The notes under the pieces: generated by a model | What the model was told of the DNA's origin: nothing | The model's database searches: none | What the model saw: the letters and a program-made list of their open reading frames with translations, nothing else | Made by a program: the position numbers and the translations under genes | Source: Acidimicrobiia bacterium | Lineage (GTDB): Bacteria > Actinomycetota > Acidimicrobiia > ATN3 > PSLF01 | Reading direction: 5' to 3' | Assembly (NCBI GenBank): GCA_040289475.1 | Contig: PSLF01000005.1 | Location: forward strand, 49,446 to 113,445 | DNA length: 64,000 nucleotides | Part shown: piece by piece, positions 18,488-27,161 of the stretch | Layout: the number at the start of each line of letters is the position of its first letter | Position numbering within the stretch: position 1 is the stretch's first letter

Positions 18488-19336
18488 ATGAAGAGTTCCA
18501 GCTTCTATTTCGGATCCACACCGCGCCTTTTCGTCACTGCATACGGCAACGATAAGCTCGTTCCTCATAAGGGCGAGATTGGTCAGCCTGCGGAAGGAGA
18601 GCGCCGAGACGTCGCACCCCGCCCTCGCGCAATCTTGCTCGCGCACTGGCTTCCTACAGGATCCTGGGACGAGGAGACAGACGAACTGTACGAGGGGGTG
18701 GCGGACCGCCTCGCCAAATCTTGCGGAATTGGCGTTTTGGCTCCGCGGCTGAGGGGAGTTGGTGCATCGGAGGGCGATTTCTCCATATCTGGTTGGTGCA
18801 GAGACATCGCCAGTGCCATCGACTATGTTACCTCCGCATTGTCCGGAGGAGATACGCAGGTCGAAGTACTGGGGGTAGGTTTCGGGATAGGGGGCTCCTG
18901 CCTTCTGAGCGTAGCAGCTGGAGACATGAGGGTCCGTGGAGTTGCGGTCGCTGGATCCCCTTCGGAATTCGCCAATTCCATTCTGTCGCGAGAGGGATAC
19001 ATCAAACGGGCCCGGAGCGCAGGTCTGATTCGATCACAGTCTTTTCCTCCCGATCCTCACTCGTGGCGTCGCGAACTCATAGCCTATGCTCCCTTGCATC
19101 ATGCGCGGCGCTTGCAAAACCGACCGGTGCTGCTTGTGTGCCGAGAAGGTGACAAGTTGGCGTCCCCAATGGAGATGGAGCGTCTCGCTGAAGTCATAGG
19201 CGATTCCTGCGAAATTCATACTCTGCCCCGCTCGGCACCATCCTTGCTCGTGAAATCCGATCGAGTGATTTCAGTTCTCGAGGGATGGGTAAAACGGAAC
19301 TTTGATGGGGTAAAAAAAGCAAATGCGGTCGTATGA
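18488..19336 (+). CDS. alpha/beta hydrolase-fold protein lacking an obvious nucleophile
   Basis: The fold pattern is present (ILLAHWLP..., LGVGFGIGGS elbow, C-terminal REGDKLASP acid region), but the elbow centre is Gly rather than Ser. Confidence 0.6.
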   Translation: MKSSSFYFGSTPRLFVTAYGNDKLVPHKGEIGQPAEGERRDVAPRPRAILLAHWLPTGSWDEETDELYEGVADRLAKSCGIGVLAPRLRGVGASEGDFSISGWCRDIASAIDYVTSALSGGDTQVEVLGVGFGIGGSCLLSVAAGDMRVRGVAVAGSPSEFANSILSREGYIKRARSAGLIRSQSFPPDPHSWRRELIAYAPLHHARRLQNRPVLLVCREGDKLASPMEMERLAEVIGDSCEIHTLPRSAPSLLVKSDRVISVLEGWVKRNFDGVKKANAVV

Positions 19337-19353
19337 AGAACGTTCAACTTAGA

Positions 19354-19436
19354 CGACTCGGGGCAGTCTAGGTCTGCTTTGTCGGCAGCGAAAGGGGGTT
19401 GCATCAGTAGCAGTCGAGAAGAGACTGGCCGAGTCG
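19354..19436. terminator. long-range interrupted stem between convergent genes
   Basis: CGACTCGG (19354-19361) pairs with CCGAGTCG (19429-19436), and CAGTC (19364-19368) pairs with GACTG (19423-19427). There is no U-tract. Confidence 0.25.
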
Positions 19437-19468
19437 GAACTGACTGAGGGGGAAGTGCGACAAGGGCT

Positions 19469-20434
19469 TCATGGGGCGACATCCACGGGGCTCAACGAGT
19501 CCAGTCTCGACACATCTGCACCGAGCGGGGCAAATGCTTGGCGAGCGTTTTCTATGAGCATCCCTAGGTAAGTGTGGAATTGGGATCCCACCGGACCGGG
19601 TAGGCGGGCATCGAAGAGATCTCCCTGTAGCCTCGCACCAGAATCCTCGAAAACTTCTCGCGCCAGCTCTCCGTAGTGCGAGGACCCGAATGCATTGACG
19701 TACACGACGGAGATACCCTCTGATCTCATCCTGGCTGCAAGAGCGGATGTTCCCCCCTCGGACTCGATGGAGTAGTAAGAGAACCCGTATCGCTCAAAGA
19801 ATGGCCGCAGAGACTCAGTCGTAGCGGCTAGCTTGCGTCCGTCGGCTGGGATAGTCGATGCCGTGTCGGAGATGACTCTATCTACTCGGGTCAATGCAGC
19901 GGAGAACTCGCCTGCTGCCCGCCGAAAGTATTCGGTTTCGGACGGCGCGAGTTGCGTGGCTATGTTTACGACTCGGATCGCTATTTCCTTTGCTGCAATC
20001 GGGTCTACCCAGGGGAAGGTCTGGGAGGATCGCATGGAATCAGATAGCGTCCAGGTGGAAAAGGAATTGCTGAAAGTATCGGAGACCACCTCTACGGCGT
20101 CTTTGTCAAAGGTTCCGAAAAGGATCGCTCCCGCTGCGGTTTTGCTGAGAGCCGCGATTTCTGAGTTCGAGGGAGGACGTAACCTTCCTTCAGCGATTTC
20201 CCGGGGAGTTGTGAGCGACACAACGTCGAATTTGTCACCGACTACGTTTCGCATTATCGATCCAATAGGAGTGACCGAGGTGAGAAGGGTTTTGTTGCGA
20301 GATTTAGAGGCCGCGTTAGGACAGCTGATTGATATGAGCATGCTCGCTGTCAACACAGCGATTACAAAAAGACGCGAGGGAGGCTCGTTAAAAAAGCGAA
20401 GAGCTGCGGTGCGGACAGTTGCCGCTCTACTCAA
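19469..20434 (-). CDS. TroA/ZnuA-family solute-binding-protein paralog with degenerate metal site
   Basis: The overall pattern aligns by eye with the SBP at 22153-23199, but the SHTFE and NPHLW His motifs are replaced by TPREI and TFPWV. Overlaps the permease stop by 8 nt. Has an N-terminal hydrophobic signal. Confidence 0.6.
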   Translation of the reverse strand: MSRAATVRTAALRFFNEPPSRLFVIAVLTASMLISISCPNAASKSRNKTLLTSVTPIGSIMRNVVGDKFDVVSLTTPREIAEGRLRPPSNSEIAALSKTAAGAILFGTFDKDAVEVVSDTFSNSFSTWTLSDSMRSSQTFPWVDPIAAKEIAIRVVNIATQLAPSETEYFRRAAGEFSAALTRVDRVISDTASTIPADGRKLAATTESLRPFFERYGFSYYSIESEGGTSALAARMRSEGISVVYVNAFGSSHYGELAREVFEDSGARLQGDLFDARLPGPVGSQFHTYLGMLIENARQAFAPLGADVSRLDSLSPVDVAP

Positions 20435-21342
20435 CTGCCGAAACTCGGTTTCCTGGCCGAATCGCTGTCTGGCTCGTTGTCACCCTTGTCAACTCAGATG
20501 ACCCTGCCAAGCTAGTTCGGACTATGAATCGTCGGACGGCGCTACTGACGTAGGCTAAAGAGAAAATCGCTGTAGCAGTTAGAACTATCGTAGCTCCAGA
20601 CGCAATGTTCAAGTAATAGGAAGCGTACATTCCAGCAACTCCCGACACCATGCCTACCGACACCGAAGCTGCTGTAAGCTTTCCGAACGATTTTGTGAGC
20701 AGCCTGGCGGTCGAGGCAGGGATCACTACTGATGCGGCAATCAGCGTGACCCCCAAGATCTGCATGGAAGCAATGAGGACTACGGCAAGTACGACCGAAA
20801 AGCCTACTTCTACCAGTCCGACCGGAACGCCTGATGCCTCGGCGACATCCCTATCGAAGATAGTGAAGAGAAGGGGTCTGTACATGATCAACAACGCTGA
20901 CACGGTAACCCCTGTCGCTGCAATCAACACTAAAATCTCGGTCCTTCCAACGGACAAGATGTTGCCGAAAAAGGGTGGCTTCGAAACTACGGGTGAACCG
21001 CTGTCTTGTCGAGATCATGGCGACTCCGAGGGCAAAGGCAGCGGTGGAAACAATGCCGATTGCCGCATCCGCACCAATCCCCCTCCGCCTGGAGATCCAG
21101 GCAATGGCGAGTGCTCCGCCGATCCCGAAGGCTGCAGCACCTACGTAGATACCGCCGCCGAACATGTAACCCGAGACGGCCCCACCGAATATCGCGTGGG
21201 ACAATCCGTGACCTATATAGCTCATGTTGCGCAAAACCACGTACACCCCGACTAGGCTGCACAGCGCACCCGCCATGACTGCTGCAGCCAACCCGTAGCG
21301 GAAGAATCCGTAGCGAAGCGGTTCTGCGACGAATTCGATCAC
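20427..21342 (-). pseudogene. metal ABC transporter permease (ZnuB/MntC/TroC-like) split by a +1 frameshift
   Basis: ORFs 20851-21342 and 20427-20957 are the N and C halves of one permease. Removing one base from the A5 run at 20968-20972 restores ...FEATLFGNILSVGRTEILV.... Confidence 0.8.
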
Positions 21343-21349
21343 TTAACCC

Positions 21350-22162
21350 TCAATTCGAGTGTTCGTGATGGATGTGTATGTGGTGGCGGTGTTGGGTTTC
21401 TTGGGGAACCTCTGCCACTAGGATCTGTCCGTCATGTTCAAGGGTAAGGATCGGCCGCCCGAAGGCGGCGGAAAGATTCTCGCTGTCGAGTACCTTTCGG
21501 GGTTCACCGTCTGCTAGGACGGTGCGGTTCAGTAGCACTATGCGTCCGACTCGATTGGCAACAAGGTTTATGTCATGGGTGGTTAGAAGTACCGTTATTC
21601 CCATTGCGTTGATGTCTTCTAGGAGGCCGAGGATGTCCGACCGGGTAGCAACGTCCGTGCTGGCGGTCGGTTCGTCGAGGACTAGAACCTCTGGCTCGTC
21701 GATGAGGGCTCGTGCCAAAAACACCCTCTGTTGCTGTCCTCCCGACAGCTCTAAGATGTGGCGTTTTTTCAAATCGCCTATGCCGAGCCGATCCAGCACC
21801 TGCCCGATGCGGGACTTCTCCTCCTTGGACAGCCACGGCAGACGTCTCTTTCTAAGAAAACCCATGCCGACGACTTGTTCGACTACTACGGGGAAGTTCC
21901 AGTCGATCGTTTCCAGCTGCGGCACGTACCGCACTCGGCTGCGTGCTTTAGTGGGAGAAGTTCCCAAAACCTTTACTTCGCCTTCCGATGGGTAAGTCAG
22001 CCCTACGATTACTTTTAAGAGGGTAGTTTTCCCGGCTCCAGAGGGACCGAGAATAGCCGCGAGCGTTCCCTGCTCTATCTGTAGAGATACGTCTTCGAGA
22101 GCACTGTGGCTGTCGTACAAGGCCGTAACGGAGCGCAGATCGACAGCAGGATTTAGTCCCAC
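21350..22162 (-). CDS. metal ABC transporter ATP-binding protein (ZnuC/MntA-like)
   Basis: Walker A GPSGAGKTT, LSGGQQQRV signature, Walker B LVLDEPT, and a C-terminal His-rich tail HRHHIHIHHEH. Confidence 0.92.
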   Translation of the reverse strand: MGLNPAVDLRSVTALYDSHSALEDVSLQIEQGTLAAILGPSGAGKTTLLKVIVGLTYPSEGEVKVLGTSPTKARSRVRYVPQLETIDWNFPVVVEQVVGMGFLRKRRLPWLSKEEKSRIGQVLDRLGIGDLKKRHILELSGGQQQRVFLARALIDEPEVLVLDEPTASTDVATRSDILGLLEDINAMGITVLLTTHDINLVANRVGRIVLLNRTVLADGEPRKVLDSENLSAAFGRPILTLEHDGQILVAEVPQETQHRHHIHIHHEHSN

Positions 22163-23199
22163 CTTCCACCCTTGGAGACGTCTATCCGGCGGAGAGGCGA
22201 GGGATCTCCGCCCAAAGAGGATGTGATGATCTCAACATCCCGAACCATCATCCCAACGTAGTTGTGCTCCGGAGAACGGGGATCTCCTGGAAGGGTATCG
22301 TCTGATAGATCGGTCACATACTTAGCGCCGGTCTCTTTGGCAATTTTCTCCATCACGGGGGACGGGAAAACTTCGGAACCGAAAATGGCGGGTACCCGCT
22401 CCCGCTTAATCTGCTCGATTATGGCAGCTACTTCGGCCGCCGAAGGCTCGGAGAAGTCAGAGGGCTGAATCGCCCCTATGACTTGAAATCCATAACGTGG
22501 AGCGAAGTAGGCGAAGCTGTCGTGGTAGGTAAGTAGTTTCCGGTTTTGCGGAGGTACTGTGGCAAGCGATTCAAATATTGCCTCGTCAAGCTGGTTCAAA
22601 AGTTCCCGGTATGCCTGGTAACGAGAGAGAAAATTGCTTTTCTTATCGGGGAAGATTTCAGCGAGGTTGTTGGCGACTATCTCAGCATAACGCGCTGCAT
22701 ACATTGGGTTGAGCCAAAGGTGCGGATTAGGGTCACCCTTTTCTCGCGGGAAGGAAAAATCGAACACGTAGGCGTCTGGGGTTATCGTCTCTTCTGCCAA
22801 TAAAAGGACTTTGACATTGGGACGCTTGGTCTTCTTGGCCATCTCGATTGCTGGGGTCTCAAGAGCCAAGCCATTGAATATGATGAGGTCTGCTGCAGCA
22901 AAGTCTTGGGCCACTTCTGCTGCTCGCTGCTCGAAAGTGTGGCTGTCTTCTCCTTCCGGAAGTATTCCTTTTATTCCTTTTACCTGCAGATCGTCACCGG
23001 CTACGGCTTTTACGATGCTTGTTATTGGAGCGACGGTAGTTACCACAAGGCCCGATTGGCGAGCATTCTGCTCGCCTTCTACTGCTCCCTCTCGCTGTGC
23101 TACCGGGTTGCGTCGTGCACATGCGCTGAAGACCAGTGTTACCGCTGCCATTATGGCTACTGTGTTTAACCATCGGCTTTTGCCGCGTAGCGCATGCAT
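22153..23199 (-). CDS. metal (Mn/Zn/Fe) ABC transporter substrate-binding lipoprotein, TroA/ZnuA cluster A-I
   Basis: Candidate ligand motifs DSHTFE, NPHLWLNP, TYHDSFAYF and LSDD. Signal peptide MHALRGKSRW...TLVFSAC carries a lipobox-like FSAC. The ORF track extends to 23250 (TTG). Confidence 0.88.
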   Translation of the reverse strand: MHALRGKSRWLNTVAIMAAVTLVFSACARRNPVAQREGAVEGEQNARQSGLVVTTVAPITSIVKAVAGDDLQVKGIKGILPEGEDSHTFEQRAAEVAQDFAAADLIIFNGLALETPAIEMAKKTKRPNVKVLLLAEETITPDAYVFDFSFPREKGDPNPHLWLNPMYAARYAEIVANNLAEIFPDKKSNFLSRYQAYRELLNQLDEAIFESLATVPPQNRKLLTYHDSFAYFAPRYGFQVIGAIQPSDFSEPSAAEVAAIIEQIKRERVPAIFGSEVFPSPVMEKIAKETGAKYVTDLSDDTLPGDPRSPEHNYVGMMVRDVEIITSSLGGDPSPLRRIDVSKGGRWD

Positions 23200-23536
23200 A
23201 GGTTTGTACTCTTCCCGCTCCCGAGATTTCTGAGATTCGCGTACTAACAAAGAATCGAAGACTTATGTAATGCGTAGAAGAAAAACCGCTCCGGCTAACA
23301 ATATTGCTATTGCGACAGCAGCTGCGGCCAGTACGAGCTTTCTAGTCTGCATTAGCCCGGTACCTTTTTCAATCAGGGGCCATACTCGAAACAGTGCGGA
23401 CCGATTTCACCGGAGGCAAATGGGTCCAAAATCGCAGAATGCTCTCCTTGTCGGATTCGCGAACTACTCTATGCGAGGTTAGGCCGATTCCGCATTTCGG
23501 ATAATCTGTCAACTAGTACAGCTCTTATTAGTCGCA

Positions 23537-25051
23537 ATGGTACGACCGGATATGTCAATGGCGTCCGACAGAATCGAGTGCGACATAGCCATAGTAGGAG
23601 GAGGCCCCGGCGGATACGCCGCTGCGCTCCATGCTTCCCGCCTAGGTCTCGGAGTGGTCGTCGTGGAAAAAGAAAAAGTTGGCGGGACCTGTCTCCACAG
23701 GGGCTGTGTGCCGGCCAAACATTTTCTGGAAACGGCTGCGGTCCTAAGGACAGTCAAGAAAGCTCAATCTTTTGGCATCGAATTTGTCGCTCCTAGCGCA
23801 CCTACAGGTTCGGAAGTTGGCCAGCCACGGCTCGGTGGTAGTCAGGTGCCAACGGTGAATTGGTCGGCTGTCGTCGCTCGTAAGAGCTCGTTGGTGGAGA
23901 GGCTGTGGAGGGGACTGTCTAACCTTCTCGAGTCCGCAGGAGTTGTGATCGTAGAAGGGGAAGGTGTTTTGGATGACTCAGGGTCGGTCGTAGCGCATGC
24001 TCGAGATGGCTCGGTCCGCATTGTAACTGCCCGAAAAGGCGTCATACTCGCGTCTGGATCCACCCCTCGCCAACTTGATGCGTTGCAGCCCGACGGCGAC
24101 CTAGTTGTTACCTCCGACGAAGTGTTCGACATAAAGCGCCTTCCAGAATCGGTTTTGGTCGTGGGTGCTGGTTCGGTCGGTGTAGAGGTCTCCACATACC
24201 TAGCGGAGTTCGGCTCCAATGTCACGTTGGTTGAAGCTCTTCCGAATGTCTTACAGGGAGCCGACGAAGAGGTGTCGTCCGCTCTGGAGAGAGCACTGGC
24301 AGCCCTAGGGGTGGAGGTCATATGCAATGCTCGGGTACTAGGGTTAGAGAAAATACCCGATCGTATCCGCGAGTCGGGTTTTGGGGTGTGTCACGTGCGC
24401 AGGAGCGGCGGTGAGGAATTAAACATAAAGGCGAACTTGATTGTCGTAGCAGTCGGCCGAGCACCATCCGCTACAAGGTTGGGACTGGAAAAGGTCGGGG
24501 TCGCCCAAGAGCCCTCCGGCCACGTGGCAGTCGACCCGAAGACACTCCAGACGAGCGTTCGGGGCATTTACGCGGTTGGCGACTTGATCTCGACTCCCGC
24601 GCTGGCGCACGTCGCTTTCGCCGAGGGAGGGGTGGCTGTGAGAGCTATAGTGGGCGAAGATCCACGGCCTATTGACTACCGCAAGGTACCTTGGTGCGTG
24701 TACACGCACCCCGAGGTGGCCTTCTGCGGGATGACAGAAGCCGCAGCCAAAACGGCATACGGCGAGGATTCGGTGCGCGTCTCGAAGGTCAATTTCGCTG
24801 GAAATGCCCGGGCGGCCATCCTCGGTGAGCGGCGAGGCATGCTTAAACTCGTGGCGCTCGCAGACGGGCCTGTAGTCGGCGTGCACATCATCGGGCCCTG
24901 GGCTTCCGAACTGCTCTCGCCGGGATATCTCAGTACAAACTGGGAGGCGTTCCCCGAGGAGGTCGCGGCATACATACAGCCTCATCCGACTCTTTCCGAA
25001 ATACTGGGTGAGGCAGCAATGGCTCTTGTGGGGAGACCGCTTCATGGGTGA
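23537..25051 (+). CDS. lpd: dihydrolipoyl dehydrogenase (E3)
   Basis: IVGGGPGGY FAD motif, redox-active GGTCLHRGCVPAK, a second Rossmann motif VVGAGSVGVE, and the C-terminal HPTLSE. Confidence 0.92.
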   Translation: MVRPDMSMASDRIECDIAIVGGGPGGYAAALHASRLGLGVVVVEKEKVGGTCLHRGCVPAKHFLETAAVLRTVKKAQSFGIEFVAPSAPTGSEVGQPRLGGSQVPTVNWSAVVARKSSLVERLWRGLSNLLESAGVVIVEGEGVLDDSGSVVAHARDGSVRIVTARKGVILASGSTPRQLDALQPDGDLVVTSDEVFDIKRLPESVLVVGAGSVGVEVSTYLAEFGSNVTLVEALPNVLQGADEEVSSALERALAALGVEVICNARVLGLEKIPDRIRESGFGVCHVRRSGGEELNIKANLIVVAVGRAPSATRLGLEKVGVAQEPSGHVAVDPKTLQTSVRGIYAVGDLISTPALAHVAFAEGGVAVRAIVGEDPRPIDYRKVPWCVYTHPEVAFCGMTEAAAKTAYGEDSVRVSKVNFAGNARAAILGERRGMLKLVALADGPVVGVHIIGPWASELLSPGYLSTNWEAFPEEVAAYIQPHPTLSEILGEAAMALVGRPLHG

Positions 25052-26048
25052 GTCCTCTATATCTAAGCCACCGCCGCTGCAAAATATTGCTGGGCTGACG
25101 CCAGCCGAACTCGACCAGCTCTACTACTACATGAAGCTTGCACGCCTCTTCGAAGATCGTATTTTCGTGATGTACCGCCAAGGCCGCCTCCCCGGCTCTG
25201 TGTTTCTCGCTAGGGGACAAGAGGCAATGGAAGTTGGATGCGCGTTTCCTCTCGGGCCGGGCGATGTCGTGAGTGGGACTCATCGCGATCAAGTGCTAGC
25301 GATCACTAAGGGAATGGCCCTAAAGCGCGTGATGCTCAACTACTTCGGAAAGCGTGACGGACCCACTAGAGGACGAGACGGAAACTCCCACTTTCACGCC
25401 TTCGACATCGGCGTTATGAATGTCGTGAGCCATTTACCTGACGGATACCCGTTGGCGGGTGGGAGTGCTCTCGCGTTCAAACTAAGAGGGGAAAACCGTG
25501 TGGCTTTGGCCATGTGCGGGGAGGGGGCTGCCAACAATGGCCAGTGGCACGAGACGATCAACATGGCAGCGGTTTTGAACCTGCCATTTATTGCGGTGGT
25601 TCAGAACAACCAATATGCCTACTCGACACCGAACAGGCAGGAGTTCTGTTGCGAGAGCCTAGTCGAGCGGGCACGCGGTTATGGAATCCCCGGTGTCGAG
25701 GTTGACGGAAACGACGTCTTGGAGGTGGTAGCAGCTGTCCGCGCCGCGGTCAACCGGGCGCGTGGGGGTGGTGGACCGACCCTGATTGTGGGAAACACCT
25801 TTCGGCAGTTGGGGCACGCAGGTCACGACGCCGCCGAATACGTTCCACCTGAGGTACGTAGCTATTGGGAAGCGAGAGACCCCATTGTCCGCTTCGAGCG
25901 GTTTCTTGAAGAGCAGGGTCTTCTTGACCAGAGAAAGCGGGACGAGCTGGAGGCCAGGATCAAGGCAGAGATAGTCGAGGCTATATCGTGGGCGCAACAG
26001 CAGCCGGATCCATCCCCAGAGGAGGTGGATGAAGGTGTCTTCGCCTGA
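25044..26048 (+). CDS. 2-oxoacid dehydrogenase E1 component, alpha subunit (TPP-dependent)
   Basis: TPP motif CGEGAANNGQWHE...VVQNNQYA. The ATG at 25044 overlaps the lpd stop (ATGGGTGA). Confidence 0.9.
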   Translation: MGESSISKPPPLQNIAGLTPAELDQLYYYMKLARLFEDRIFVMYRQGRLPGSVFLARGQEAMEVGCAFPLGPGDVVSGTHRDQVLAITKGMALKRVMLNYFGKRDGPTRGRDGNSHFHAFDIGVMNVVSHLPDGYPLAGGSALAFKLRGENRVALAMCGEGAANNGQWHETINMAAVLNLPFIAVVQNNQYAYSTPNRQEFCCESLVERARGYGIPGVEVDGNDVLEVVAAVRAAVNRARGGGGPTLIVGNTFRQLGHAGHDAAEYVPPEVRSYWEARDPIVRFERFLEEQGLLDQRKRDELEARIKAEIVEAISWAQQQPDPSPEEVDEGVFA

Positions 26049-27036
26049 GCTCGAGGCCCAGACGGTAGAGCGCCTTTACATAGAAGCGCTCACCGACGCC
26101 CTGATCGAGGAGATGGAGGCCGACGAGCGAGTGTTCCTGTTGGGTGAGGACATAGCCGAGTATGGTGGGGCTTTTAAAGTCACCAAAGGACTCGTGGAAA
26201 AATTCGGGTCCGAACGAGTCATCAACACACCGATCAGTGAGGCCGCGATCGTGGGGTACGCTATCGGAGCTGCACTCCAGGGAATGCGTCCGGTAGCTGA
26301 GATGCAGTACATCGACTTCATAACCCAGGCTTTTGATCAGCTCGTCACCGAGGCCGGAAAGATGCACTATCGCACCGGAAAGCCGGTGCCGATGGTCGTA
26401 CGGGGAGCATCCGGTGCAGGGGTCCGTGCTGGCCCATTCCACTCCGCACAGCCGGAGGCGTTCTTTTGTCACGCCCCTGGCCTCAAGGTCGTCGCACCTG
26501 CTACGGCATACGACGCCAAGGGACTTCTCAAGGCCTCGATACGGGACGACAACCCCGTTATCTTTTTAGAGCACAAGCTTTTGTACAGGCGTATCAAAGA
26601 GAAGATACCCGCGGGTGAGTATGTGGTAGAGATAGGCAAAGCCAAGGTCCAGCGTCGGGGTAGTGACGCTGTTTGTATTACATACGGGGCTCAGGTCCAC
26701 ACCGCTTTGGACGCAGCAGAGCAGCTAGAGGCTGACGGTATCTCGCTTGAAGTCTTGGACCTAAGGACGCTAGCCCCTCTCGACGTGGATTCGATTTTGG
26801 AATCGGTAGCTCGGTGCCATCGGGTACTCATATGCCATGAGGCTAATCCCGTCTGTGGCGTCGGAGCCGAGGTGGCCGCAGTGATTGCCGATCGGGGCTT
26901 CGATCTGTTGGATGCTCCGATTCGAAGACTAACCTCGCCCCACACACCGGTACCGTTCGCTCCGGTTCTAGAAGACGCTTACGTCCCCGGAAAGGAAGAC
27001 ATTGTAAAAGCAGTCAAAGAACTGACTGAGTGGTGA
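26029..27036 (+). CDS. 2-oxoacid dehydrogenase E1 component, beta subunit
   Basis: LLGEDIAEYGGAFKVTKGL..RVINTPISEAAIVG and the transketolase-like C-terminal domain. GAGGAGG lies upstream. Confidence 0.9.
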   Translation: MKVSSPELEAQTVERLYIEALTDALIEEMEADERVFLLGEDIAEYGGAFKVTKGLVEKFGSERVINTPISEAAIVGYAIGAALQGMRPVAEMQYIDFITQAFDQLVTEAGKMHYRTGKPVPMVVRGASGAGVRAGPFHSAQPEAFFCHAPGLKVVAPATAYDAKGLLKASIRDDNPVIFLEHKLLYRRIKEKIPAGEYVVEIGKAKVQRRGSDAVCITYGAQVHTALDAAEQLEADGISLEVLDLRTLAPLDVDSILESVARCHRVLICHEANPVCGVGAEVAAVIADRGFDLLDAPIRRLTSPHTPVPFAPVLEDAYVPGKEDIVKAVKELTEW

Positions 27037-27161
27037 GGGTGAAGATCAGGAGCTTTGATATATAAGACACGGTGCTCCAAGGGAAGGGGCACGGTGAGCA
27101 GGTATTAGGGCTCGGCGCAGGTGAGATGCTAGGAGAGCGCTCGTAACGGCTAGGGGGTGCG

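Noticed and set aside
20650-21255. 201-aa plus-strand ORF across the permease frameshift region
   Set aside because: It is antisense to both permease halves, which together reconstitute a conserved ZnuB-like protein. It shows no independent coding evidence.
23475-23493. AGGTTAGGC half-match to the IdeR/DtxR iron-box consensus (TTAGGTTAGGCTAACCTAA) between the metal transporter operon and lpd
   Set aside because: Only one half-site matches, and the second half (CGATTCCGC) does not form the required palindrome. The site is also about 275 nt from the SBP start.
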